Part shown: positions 28,530 to 37,639 of the stretch, piece after piece | Layout: every line of letters begins with the position of its first letter | How positions within the stretch are numbered: the stretch's first letter is position 1 | NCBI GenBank assembly: GCA_963664705.1 | Contig: OY761556.1 | Location: 5,312,001 to 5,376,000 of the forward strand | DNA length: 64,000 nt | Source of the DNA: Acidobacteriota bacterium | Lineage (GTDB): Bacteria; Acidobacteriota; UBA6911 | Reading direction: 5' to 3' | The notes under the pieces: generated by a model | Seen by the model: the letters and a program-made list of their open reading frames with translations, nothing else | Databases searched by the model: none | Told to the model about the DNA's origin: nothing | Program-made: the position numbers and the translations under genes

Positions 28530-29783
28530 ATGATCGCTGAAATAATAAAACGCGTGCTCGAGAATATTGTGGCGTACAGGAAGCGGTCTCTCATGACCAT
28601 TGTGGGCGTAGCGTGGGGAATTGCATCCTATATCCTCCTCATTGCCTACGGCGATGATTTCCATCGCGCGCTGCTCCTGGGGATGCGGTACTTCGGCGAC
28701 AATATTGTCGTGGTCTGGAACGGACAGACATCCATGCAGGCAGGAGGGTCCCGCGCGGGCAGGGTTGTTAGAACGGAGCCTGGCGATGTGGATGCCATCC
28801 GCCAGAGATGTACGCTGGTAAAAAGGGTCAGCCCGGAGGTTTATGACGAGTTTCAGTTGCGTTGGGGCGATCGGCTGACGAGCGCGGGCATCCGTGCCGT
28901 CAATGATGAGTATGGAGCTATGCGCGGCATGTTCATGGAGGAAGGGCGGTTTCTCAGTGCCGAAGATGTTTCGAGTATGCGGCGTGTTGTCGTGTTGGGA
29001 CACGATCTGAAAAGGAAACTATTCAGCCAGGCGCCTGCGATTGACCAGGATGTATTTATCAATGGGCTGCGATTTTCTGTGGTTGGCGTTGTCCGAAAGA
29101 AGATTTCCCTCTCCAACTATTTTTCGCAGGATGACAGCAATGCCATCATCCCGATCAATGTCATGGGGATCATGCGGGATATCCGATATAACAGCGTTCT
29201 GGTCTTCCAGCCGGTCAGCGGTTCCATGGAACCGGCGGCAACGCGCCAGGTCCGCCAGGTCCTGAGTGAGATTCACAAGTTCAACCCTGCGGACATGAAA
29301 GCTTTGAATATGAATTCTTCCAGCGAGGGCTTCAACATTGTTAATGGCCTGGGATTGGCCATCAGAGGGCTGCTGGGCGTGATTGGAATCTTCACCTTGG
29401 CCGTTGCCGGAGTCGGCATCATGAACATCATGTTGTTTTGCGTCAAAGAACGGACGCACGAAATCGGCGTACTGCGGGCCCTGGGAGCGCGGAAGCGACA
29501 TATTCGCATGCAATTTCTGGGTGAAGCGTTTGCGCTGTCGATCCTGGGTGGCATTATCGGATATGTATTGTCGATCGGGATCGCGCATTGGATCGGTGTT
29601 ATCCCTTTTCTGGGCCCGATATTTGAAGATGCCAGCGGTCAGGGAGACATTCACCTCGTGGTCAACTCGCGGGTGTTTATTACCTCATTTATTACCTTCG
29701 CCATTATCGGGCTGCTATCCGGAACCTGGCCCGCAGTCAAAGCTTCCAAACTGGATCCGGTTGAAGCGTTGCGCTCTGAATAA
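28530..29783 (+). CDS. ABC transporter permease (MacB/FtsX type)
   Basis: RSLMTIVGVAWG, GIMNIML..VKERTHEIG, DPVEALRSE. Confidence 0.93.
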   Translation: MIAEIIKRVLENIVAYRKRSLMTIVGVAWGIASYILLIAYGDDFHRALLLGMRYFGDNIVVVWNGQTSMQAGGSRAGRVVRTEPGDVDAIRQRCTLVKRVSPEVYDEFQLRWGDRLTSAGIRAVNDEYGAMRGMFMEEGRFLSAEDVSSMRRVVVLGHDLKRKLFSQAPAIDQDVFINGLRFSVVGVVRKKISLSNYFSQDDSNAIIPINVMGIMRDIRYNSVLVFQPVSGSMEPAATRQVRQVLSEIHKFNPADMKALNMNSSSEGFNIVNGLGLAIRGLLGVIGIFTLAVAGVGIMNIMLFCVKERTHEIGVLRALGARKRHIRMQFLGEAFALSILGGIIGYVLSIGIAHWIGVIPFLGPIFEDASGQGDIHLVVNSRVFITSFITFAIIGLLSGTWPAVKASKLDPVEALRSE

Positions 29784-29844
29784 AGATCGCTTAGGCCTTC
29801 GTGTCGTTTCTGTTTTTCATTACAATATGCACTGGGAGCCTAAA

Positions 29845-30309
29845 ATGAAAAAAATAATAGTGCTTGTGGCGTGCATATTGGGTCTGACTTCACTGTATTG
29901 CTTGGGCGATGTGCCTGTGAATGAAATCACCAGGCAAAAAGTACTTTCACAGGAGGAATGGCAGACGAGGTATGACTCCTATCAGGTGGATGCCGCCGGG
30001 ATTGAGGCTATGAAGGCAAAGCTTGGGGATGTGCATATCGACATTTACCTCGGGCTGTGGTGTTCAGATTCCAGGAATAACGTCCCGCCATTTATCAAGA
30101 TACTGGACGCTGCCGGTGTTTCGGTTCCGGTAAAATTCTTCAACGTGCAGCGGAAGCCGGTCAAGACAATCAAGTTCTTCTCGGATAAATACCAGATCGA
30201 AAGGGTGCCTACATTTATCTTTTACAGGGGAGATACGGAGATAGGACGGATTATCGAAAATCCGACAACCAGCCTTATAGAGGATTCGATCGCAATCCTG
30301 TCAAAATAG
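29845..30309 (+). CDS. Exported thioredoxin-family protein (CxxS)
   Basis: Signal peptide MKKIIVLV..., GLWCSDS, RVPTFIF, EIGRIIE; GGAG RBS before ATG 29845. Confidence 0.8.
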   Translation: MKKIIVLVACILGLTSLYCLGDVPVNEITRQKVLSQEEWQTRYDSYQVDAAGIEAMKAKLGDVHIDIYLGLWCSDSRNNVPPFIKILDAAGVSVPVKFFNVQRKPVKTIKFFSDKYQIERVPTFIFYRGDTEIGRIIENPTTSLIEDSIAILSK

Positions 30310-30335
30310 GACGATCTACTTTGAGCCGCCGCCTG

Positions 30336-30362
30336 CTGGGAGCGCGCCGGCGGCGCTCCCAG
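30336..30362. terminator. GC-rich hairpin between convergent genes
   Basis: CTGGGAGCGC-GCCGGCG-GCGCTCCCAG. Confidence 0.5.
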
Positions 30363-30382
30363 TGGGTCCGGTATAAAAGTAT

Positions 30383-31900
30383 TTATTCTATTACTACACG
30401 GCGGCCATCGTACGCCGGCGTAACGGTTCCCTTTTTTCGAATTACCGAAATAACGCTATCCAGACGCGGCTTGCCAGTGTTCTTTACCTGAATTCCCTTC
30501 AGGGCAAATCCGGCAAAGTAGGAATTGGTGCTCCCCAGGTAGACGCGATTATCCTGAATGGGTTTTCCACCAATAGTGGCCTGTACCAGCTTGTTTCCCT
30601 CAATGCGATATTGAAGGCCGGAAACGGCGGGTTTGTTCTTTTGCAGGATCTCTTTCAGTTCGCGGCCTTTAACCTGGAATGTGATAACTGTATTGTCGAA
30701 GGGATCCATATTTACAAGGTCGGCTTTTGTAATTTTTCCCGCAACGAGATCAGATCGGATGCCACCGAGATTTTCGAGATCAAATTGAGTTTTGAATGCC
30801 TCGCGGATGGAATCGCTGAAGAGATTGTAATGTGCAAGGTCATCCCCGCGGGAGATAAAGTCTGCGGCGGCTTCTCCAATTACTTCCCCGAATTTTGAGG
30901 AGATCGGTTTCCAGAAGCGGTCCACAACCGAGGCAACTTCGGGGTCCTCAGGAATATCCGTAGTAACCGGGATCAGCCGGGCGCGATAGCGATCAACGTG
31001 CCAGGCGCCTTGATCATCTTTATCAAAGAGCAGATCGAGTCGGCCGAGTTCGCCGGCCCATTGATGAGCTTGAACGATAACGGTGCCGTTGACCTCTTTT
31101 TCTTTGAGCTGATCGGAGTGCCAAACAAAATCACCAATGGGAAGGCGAGAGTGAGAATGTCCGCCAACAATGACATCGAGGCCGGGAACGTTGGCCGCAA
31201 TTTTCTCATCCAGTGTTTCGCCCGCATGGGAAATTGCGATGATGATGTCTACCTTCGGGCGGAGCGTCTGTACCATTTCCTTTGCGGCCTTAATCTCATC
31301 TACAATGGTGACTCCCTCTTTTCCGGCAGGATAGGTTGCGGCCTCGTGCGTAATAAGGCCGAAGATGCCAATTTTCAGGAGCGGCAACTCGCGAATGGCG
31401 TACGTTTGAGTCAGAGGTTTGTTCGTGGACGATTCGATGGCATTTGCGCAAAGCACCGGATACTTGATCTGGGCCAGGAGACTTTTCAATCGCGCGAGCG
31501 GATTGTTGAATTCGTGATTGCCGAGTGTGGCGAAATTATAACCGGCTGCATTCATGGCCGCGATATCGGCTTCGCCGTGGTACTCCGTAGAAAAGGGGGT
31601 CCCGTCACTAAAATCACCTGCATCGACAAGCCAAACCTCGGTGCCTTTGGGGCGAAGCTCGTCCCGCAGACGTTTTACAAGGGTCGCGCGGCGGGCGATA
31701 CCGCCAATATTCCGCCTGACGGTCATTCCGGAAAGCTCAGAGCCGGGGGGAACATTGGTGGGATAGCTGAAGGGCAACAAATGGCCGTGCGTGTCATTGG
31801 TGTGGAGGATGGTCAGTGAAACCTGCTGTGCGGAGAGCGAGACGGTCCCAAAAAGAACCGCAAAGATAATAATCCATGCGAGCGATAAGCGTTTTTTCAT
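30383..31900 (-). CDS. Exported bifunctional metallophosphatase / 5'-nucleotidase
   Basis: ILHTNDTHG, DAGD, LGNHEF, VGGHSH, N.GGIR, PFDN; signal peptide. Confidence 0.93.
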   Translation of the reverse strand: MKKRLSLAWIIIFAVLFGTVSLSAQQVSLTILHTNDTHGHLLPFSYPTNVPPGSELSGMTVRRNIGGIARRATLVKRLRDELRPKGTEVWLVDAGDFSDGTPFSTEYHGEADIAAMNAAGYNFATLGNHEFNNPLARLKSLLAQIKYPVLCANAIESSTNKPLTQTYAIRELPLLKIGIFGLITHEAATYPAGKEGVTIVDEIKAAKEMVQTLRPKVDIIIAISHAGETLDEKIAANVPGLDVIVGGHSHSRLPIGDFVWHSDQLKEKEVNGTVIVQAHQWAGELGRLDLLFDKDDQGAWHVDRYRARLIPVTTDIPEDPEVASVVDRFWKPISSKFGEVIGEAAADFISRGDDLAHYNLFSDSIREAFKTQFDLENLGGIRSDLVAGKITKADLVNMDPFDNTVITFQVKGRELKEILQKNKPAVSGLQYRIEGNKLVQATIGGKPIQDNRVYLGSTNSYFAGFALKGIQVKNTGKPRLDSVISVIRKKGTVTPAYDGRRVVIE

Positions 31901-31975
31901 AATACCTCCACAGAATGCGCAGATGTCAGCAAACAAGCCAAGCCTAACAGGGCTGCGCTGATTCAAACTGATATT

Positions 31976-32974
31976 TTATTTTTCGGCAAGGACAAACTGC
32001 AACAGGAGTGTTTGCTGGAGGGGCGAAAAGTTGTCGTCAGACATCAGGGTCAGAAGGATTCCACCGTCCCGCAAAGGGTTGGCAGAGAGTGCTTCCAGGT
32101 TGTCTATCTCAAAGTGGTTATCGGCTTCCAGGAGAATAGTTCCATCTACAACTGCCCCGGGTTTCAAGTCTGCAAGGCGGATGCGCCGAATGCGAATGGT
32201 GATTCCTTGGAACAGGAAAAACTTACGTTCCAGGATGAGAATATCTCCATCCGGCAGAATGGCGGCATCGCTGATGTCGAATTCTTCCGTTCGTTTCACA
32301 CTGAAGGATCCCGGGGTGGGTCCGCCAATGAGAAAAGCCCTCAAATTTCGGTCTCGGTCCAGGCCTCGTTCCGAAAAGGCTACAAGGGTTCCAGCGAGAC
32401 GCAGCGGTTTTGGTACATAGACAAGTGCCTCGAGTCCCTTGTTGCCTGGGAGACTTTTCAGGTCGGGGGGAACAGGAACGGATTGGGCACGGGCGGGGAT
32501 GCTGTTTGAACCATGGTCAAAACGCATGATCGTGTTTAGTCCTTCAAGCCCGACAAACAGGGACCTGCCGTCATCCGCCAGGGATTCGGTATCCCATCTG
32601 GCAGGGCGTTTGCCCTTAAGGTTGAGGACCGGCGACAGAATGGCGTCCATGATGCCGACGGGCCGATTCTCTTTGTAAGAAATTCGTCCAATCAGCCAGT
32701 AGGCACGGTCGGTCAAAGCAATAAAATGCGAGCAATCGGGTTGAAGCCGTAGCGCGGAAATTCCTCCGAAACGAGGATGATGGGAGGATAGAACCAGGCC
32801 GCCGCGAAAGGTAAGGGCACCAAAACGATTGCGCGAACTATCCTCGCGGGAAAATGCAGTGATCGGCTTTGCCGAAACAGTAATGTGCTGGGACTCTTCG
32901 GGCGAAAGCTCGGGGGAAGCAGCAGCAAGAACTGCAAATACCGCCAGGCTGGCGAGGAGAATGGCATTCTTCAT
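31976..32974 (-). CDS. Esterase-like activity of phytase family protein
   Basis: Signal peptide, FGGISAL, DTESL, NKGLEAL, DNLEAL, MSDDNFS..Q.TLLL. Confidence 0.85.
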   Translation of the reverse strand: MKNAILLASLAVFAVLAAASPELSPEESQHITVSAKPITAFSREDSSRNRFGALTFRGGLVLSSHHPRFGGISALRLQPDCSHFIALTDRAYWLIGRISYKENRPVGIMDAILSPVLNLKGKRPARWDTESLADDGRSLFVGLEGLNTIMRFDHGSNSIPARAQSVPVPPDLKSLPGNKGLEALVYVPKPLRLAGTLVAFSERGLDRDRNLRAFLIGGPTPGSFSVKRTEEFDISDAAILPDGDILILERKFFLFQGITIRIRRIRLADLKPGAVVDGTILLEADNHFEIDNLEALSANPLRDGGILLTLMSDDNFSPLQQTLLLQFVLAEK

Positions 32975-33038
32975 GGTATTAAAATCTCATGCAGCGGTAC
33001 TGCCTCATTCAGCCTGTGCCCTATTGCCCCGGTAGCTA

Positions 33039-33938
33039 TCAGTAGATCTCGTCCTCTTCCGCATGAGTATAAAAGAGGTTGAGGTAATCGCTGCGAGTGG
33101 TTTCCACCTCAGGCTGAAGGAGCTGGTTTTCCGCCGATTCTCTTTCCAGTGCGGCCTGTTTCTCAAGACTGCGCAGGCGCTCTGGAATGCCATACTCGGA
33201 GACAAGCTGTTTCACGTGATCGAAAACCGCGGGATTGCCGTGGAGGAACTGCGCCTCATCCAATATCTTGCAGGCAACCATGGAAGAGAAAATATCGAAC
33301 TTAAGCTGATCTTTGACACGGGAAATGGTTTTGATGAGGTAGTCGATTTCCTCCCGGTCGTTGACGAGAAGCAGGTGTTTTCGCTTATGAATAGCGCGAT
33401 CCAGGCTGTCGGTCAGTTCGGGACTCAGATCATTTTCAACCACGACGATAATGTCGAGATCCGATCCCTGTACCATCTCGCCTGTGCTTTTTTCGGGGCG
33501 CGGCACCATGTGAGACATGTCATAAACGACATCTCCGGCAATAAGGAAGCAGGCCTTTTCCAGAATGCTTTCCTTATCGGCGATGGGCGCTACGGCTGAA
33601 AGGACGGCCTCCTTTGCCAACTCGCGCTTGGTTTGACTGATATGCTGCGTCTGTCTTCGCATGGTATCGGCTTGAGTCTTCAGCGCATCCATCTGGGAGT
33701 CGAGCCCGACCAGGGTATAGGTAAGGAATTCCCTGCGTATCGATGGAGAAAGGCGAGCATAACCCTGAACGTTGCGGTCCAGGCGGAGAAATCGCCTTCC
33801 GGTTCGTTCAAAGCAAATGGATGGCTCCCTGCGGCAGGCTTGCCATAGAGCCAGAACTTCCATTTGCGTGGCTTCGAGTAATTGAGCGCCTGTCAGCGGC
33901 CCCTTTTGAGCAAGTATCGATAGAATCTCTTTTTCCAT
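33039..33938 (-). CDS. Hypothetical protein: N-terminal HTH-like region plus Pol-beta-like nucleotidyltransferase motif
   Basis: ILSILAQKGPLTGAQL; FLIAGD...GSDLDIIVVV; EIDYLIK. Confidence 0.6.
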   Translation of the reverse strand: MEKEILSILAQKGPLTGAQLLEATQMEVLALWQACRREPSICFERTGRRFLRLDRNVQGYARLSPSIRREFLTYTLVGLDSQMDALKTQADTMRRQTQHISQTKRELAKEAVLSAVAPIADKESILEKACFLIAGDVVYDMSHMVPRPEKSTGEMVQGSDLDIIVVVENDLSPELTDSLDRAIHKRKHLLLVNDREEIDYLIKTISRVKDQLKFDIFSSMVACKILDEAQFLHGNPAVFDHVKQLVSEYGIPERLRSLEKQAALERESAENQLLQPEVETTRSDYLNLFYTHAEEDEIY

Positions 33939-34043
33939 GCGGTCCATTAAACCATAAAAAAACAGGGACGTCCCGCTCGTTTGGAAAATTTCGTGCAAAA
34001 GAAAATTGCAAACAAGCAGTTGCGTCCCTGGATTGGGGTGATA

Positions 34044-35462
34044 TCAGTATCGGTAATGATCCGGTTTATAGGGTCCTTCCGTCGGGACACCGATATAATC
34101 GGCCTGCTTCTGGGTAAGTTTAGTAAGCTTGACGCCGATTTTATCCAAATGCAGCCGCGCGACCTCTTCATCTAGTTTCTTGGGAAGCCGATACACAGCG
34201 GCCTTATACTCGTTTCGATGCGACCAGAGATCTATCTGGGCCAGGCACTGATTGGTAAAGGAATTGGACATGACAAAACTGGGATGTCCTTCCGCACAGC
34301 CGAGGTTTACAAGGCGGCCCTCGGCCAGGAGATAAATGCTCTGACCTGCCGGCAGATCATAGCGATCTACCTGGGGCTTGATGTTGATTCTGCTCACGCC
34401 AGGAGCGGTGTTCAGCTTTTCCACCTGAATCTCATTATCAAAGTGGCCGATGTTGCACACTATGGCCTGATCTTTCATTTTGAGCATATGTTCAAGCGTG
34501 ATGACATCGCAGTTGCCTGTGCAGGTAACGTATATATCCCCTTCTCCCAGCGTCTGCTCGACCTGGGTTACCTCAAAGCCTTCCATGGCAGCCTGAAGTG
34601 CATTGATGGGATCGATTTCGGTAACAATGACGCGAGCGCCGAATCCGCGCAAGGAATGGGCGCTTCCTTTCCCCACATCGCCATACCCGCAGACAACCGC
34701 AGTCTTGCCGGCGATCATGACGCCGAGTGCGCGCTTGAGTCCATCGGCCAGCGATTCGCGACAACCATAAAGATTGTCAAACTTGGATTTGGTTACCGAA
34801 TCATTCACATTGATCGCAGGAACCAGGAGCTTTCCCGCTTCCAGCATCTGGTAGAGGCGGTGAACGCCGGTGGTGGTTTCTTCGCTGACACCTTTCCAGT
34901 CACGCACGGCTTTGGTAAACCAGCCGGGGCGCTGTTGGGCACATTTTTTAAGCAGATTCTTGATGACCTGTTCTTCGTGGCTGGAACTTGGCGTATTTAC
35001 CCAATCGCTGCCATGTTCCATCTCATAGCCTTTGTGAATAAGAAGAGTGGCATCCCCTCCGTCATCCACGATGAGCTCCGGACCCTTTTCGCCAGGGTGA
35101 GTCAGAGCCAAAAGAGTGTAATCCCAGTACTCTTCGAGCGATTCTCCTTTGAAGGCAAAAACAGGGATGCCGACGGCCGCAATGGCCGCTGCCGCCTGGT
35201 CCTGCGTACTGAAAATGTTGCAGCTTGCCCAGCGTACCGAAGCTCCCAACTGGACGAGCGTTTCAATGAGCACCGCGGTTTCAATTGTCATGTGTAGCGA
35301 GCCGGAAACACGCACGCCCGCCAGCGGTTTTGTGGTGCCGTATTTCAAACGCAGCGCCATCAAGCCGGGCATTTCCTGTTCGGCTACGGTTATTTCCTTG
35401 CGACCCCATTCTGCAAGGGTAATGTCGTGAACCACGTAATCTACTTCCGTCTTTGTTGACAT
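34044..35462 (-). CDS. ahcY: Adenosylhomocysteinase
   Basis: [72 protein letters not shown]. Confidence 0.98.
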   Translation of the reverse strand: MSTKTEVDYVVHDITLAEWGRKEITVAEQEMPGLMALRLKYGTTKPLAGVRVSGSLHMTIETAVLIETLVQLGASVRWASCNIFSTQDQAAAAIAAVGIPVFAFKGESLEEYWDYTLLALTHPGEKGPELIVDDGGDATLLIHKGYEMEHGSDWVNTPSSSHEEQVIKNLLKKCAQQRPGWFTKAVRDWKGVSEETTTGVHRLYQMLEAGKLLVPAINVNDSVTKSKFDNLYGCRESLADGLKRALGVMIAGKTAVVCGYGDVGKGSAHSLRGFGARVIVTEIDPINALQAAMEGFEVTQVEQTLGEGDIYVTCTGNCDVITLEHMLKMKDQAIVCNIGHFDNEIQVEKLNTAPGVSRINIKPQVDRYDLPAGQSIYLLAEGRLVNLGCAEGHPSFVMSNSFTNQCLAQIDLWSHRNEYKAAVYRLPKKLDEEVARLHLDKIGVKLTKLTQKQADYIGVPTEGPYKPDHYRY

Positions 35463-35545
35463 ACGCCGGATTCCTTCCAAAAAAGACAGGGAATACAAAA
35501 TAACAATTCATGAACCAAGGAATTTCCTATGGTTCTGAATTCAAC

Positions 35546-35596
35546 ATATCGACAAATCCGGATAAGATGATATAAAATAAAAGCGTGGTGGGTCAA
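35546..35596 (-). promoter_or_regulatory. ahcY promoter (TTGACC-N18-TATCAT) overlapped by candidate SahR-type operator(s)
   Basis: Minus-strand -35 at 35596-35591 and -10 at 35572-35567. Two overlapping imperfect 20-bp palindromes: ATATC..GATAA (35546-35565) and AAATC..GATAT (35554-35573). Confidence 0.5.
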
Positions 35597-35638
35597 TGAG
35601 ATTCTTAAGGCAGGAAAGCCGTTAGATGGGAGCTTCCG

Positions 35639-36568
35639 ATGGCACAGGTTCTTAAATCGCTGAGGGCTTTGTCCGATGCGACACGATTACGCATCATTTC
35701 ACTGCTGGAAAAGGAAGAACTGTCGGTTCATGAGCTTCAGGAAATAACGCGTTTGGGCCAATCCCGGATATCGACGCATCTTGGGTTGATGCAGGATTCG
35801 GGGTTGCTGCAATCCCGGCGGGAAGGCAAGCGGGCTTTTTACCGGCTGAATCAAGACCCCGGGGAACCGCGGAGTGCATTGGTGAATCTTGCGATCCAAG
35901 GGGCCAGGGAGCTGCCGGAATATGCTGCCGATCGGATAAATCTGAAACGAATCCTCAATCGTCGGCGGGAGCAGGCGCGCGTTTATTTCAACCAGGTGGC
36001 TGGGCGGTTCGATCGTGTATACGGACCTGGACGTTCCTGGCAGGGGTTTGGCCACCTTCTTCTTCAGATCGTGCCTCCGCTGATTGTCGCTGATCTTGGT
36101 TCCGGTGAAGGGTTGATCAGCGAGCTGCTGGCGCGACGGTGCAAGAAGGTCATAGCGGTGGACAACTCCGAGAAGATCGTTGCCTATGGGGCTGCGCGCG
36201 CCAAGAAGAACGGCTTGAAGAACCTCGAATTCCGATTGGGCGACCTCCAGAATCCGCCGATTGAGCCTTCCAGTGTGGATCTTGTCATCCTCAGCCAGGC
36301 GCTGCACCATGCGGAATTCCCTGCGGCTGCTATTGCCGCTGGTTTTCGGTTACTCCGGGCAGACGGGCATATCCTGATCCTTGATTTGCTTCAGCATGGG
36401 TTTGAAAAAGCGCGAGAGTCTTATGGAGATCGATGGCTTGGTTTCCAGGAGAGCGAGCTGCATCGATGGCTGGAGGATGCCGGATTCAAGAAGATCGATA
36501 TCAGCGTGGTAGCCCGGGAGGACGATCCCCCGCATTTTCAGACCATCCTGGCCTGTGGCGAGAAATAG
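35639..36568 (+). CDS. ArsR-HTH + SAM-binding methyltransferase-domain regulator (SahR-like)
   Basis: ALSDATRLRI, QSRISTHL; DLGSGEG, QALHH; divergent from ahcY. Confidence 0.88.
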   Translation: MAQVLKSLRALSDATRLRIISLLEKEELSVHELQEITRLGQSRISTHLGLMQDSGLLQSRREGKRAFYRLNQDPGEPRSALVNLAIQGARELPEYAADRINLKRILNRRREQARVYFNQVAGRFDRVYGPGRSWQGFGHLLLQIVPPLIVADLGSGEGLISELLARRCKKVIAVDNSEKIVAYGAARAKKNGLKNLEFRLGDLQNPPIEPSSVDLVILSQALHHAEFPAAAIAAGFRLLRADGHILILDLLQHGFEKARESYGDRWLGFQESELHRWLEDAGFKKIDISVVAREDDPPHFQTILACGEK

Positions 36569-36754
36569 GCGTGGAGCCTGAAGGCCGAAAATAGGCGCGA
36601 TTCTTACAGCCACTGAATGAATTCGTCTCTTTGCCGCAAACGACATTCTTCCGCCAAATCAAAGAAACTCTAAACATTTCATACACTTCGACGATGAGAA
36701 CTCCTGTGGATGTTCAATCGCTTAATAAAGAGCGATACGTAAAAAACTAATTGA

Positions 36755-37489
36755 GTGAACAATATGCCGATGAATGATCTGCAGGGCCTTTACCTCCAGT
36801 CGCCTCAATTGAATCAGTTGAACATGCTCCGGGAGATTGCCGCCAATGCTCGCATTACGCAGGCAGAACTGGCGAGATTGTGTTCACTCTCGGTAGCGAT
36901 GGTGAATAATTATATGAAGGAACTGTGTGGTTCCGGATACCTTGAATACCATCGACGTACCATCAAGAGCGTAACCTACCATCTGACCGCCGAGGGAAAA
37001 TCACATTTGGAGATGCTTCAATGCAAGCTGATCAAGGAAATGGTCGGCATGTTTGTGGCCGCCAAGGATCAGATCCGGGAGCGTATCGCAAGCCGCACAA
37101 AGTCAAATCTTCAGCGTGTGGTTCTTTATGGCAGCGGGCATCTTGCACAGCTTGCCTTTCACGCGCTTGAACTTGCGGGGACCAGCATTATTGGCGTCTG
37201 TGATGATAACCAGGAAGTGATTGGAAAGGATTTTTGCGGGAGAGAAGTGCTGAATCCCGCGCAAATTCGTTTTCTTTCTCCGGATGCAGTTGTCGTTGCC
37301 GACTCGGTCCGAACAGAGGAAATCTGCCGAGATCTTGAGTTTATTCTCGATCGGGGCATTGAACTGATCCGACTGGATACGCCGGCATACAGCCAGACCG
37401 CCATGGTTGAGAACGATTCCTGTAGCTCCCTGTCAAGGGAAATGGGAACCGACAAGACATCGATTCCCGTTTTTCCGTACCGCGGATAG
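36755..37489 (+). CDS. Winged-HTH (MarR-like, polysaccharide-locus type) regulator with C-terminal Rossmann-like module
   Basis: ITQAELA...SVAMVNNYMK, YHLTAEG; VVLYGSG, IIGVCDDN. Confidence 0.8.
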   Translation: MNNMPMNDLQGLYLQSPQLNQLNMLREIAANARITQAELARLCSLSVAMVNNYMKELCGSGYLEYHRRTIKSVTYHLTAEGKSHLEMLQCKLIKEMVGMFVAAKDQIRERIASRTKSNLQRVVLYGSGHLAQLAFHALELAGTSIIGVCDDNQEVIGKDFCGREVLNPAQIRFLSPDAVVVADSVRTEEICRDLEFILDRGIELIRLDTPAYSQTAMVENDSCSSLSREMGTDKTSIPVFPYRG

Positions 37490-37639
37490 ACTTCCAGGGG
37501 ATGTCCCGCGGATGCAAGTCTATGAATTCATCAATCATCGTATGAATGTGGAAGCGCCTCCAAACGAGGTCAGAGCGGTAATAGAAGGCAATCCCTTAAG
37601 ACAGCAAATATTTCCGACGATGCACTCGTCAGGGCTCTT

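Noticed and set aside
35463-35638. SAH or SAM riboswitch upstream of ahcY
   Set aside because: No recognisable conserved core; the AT-rich region is better explained by a promoter and protein operator.
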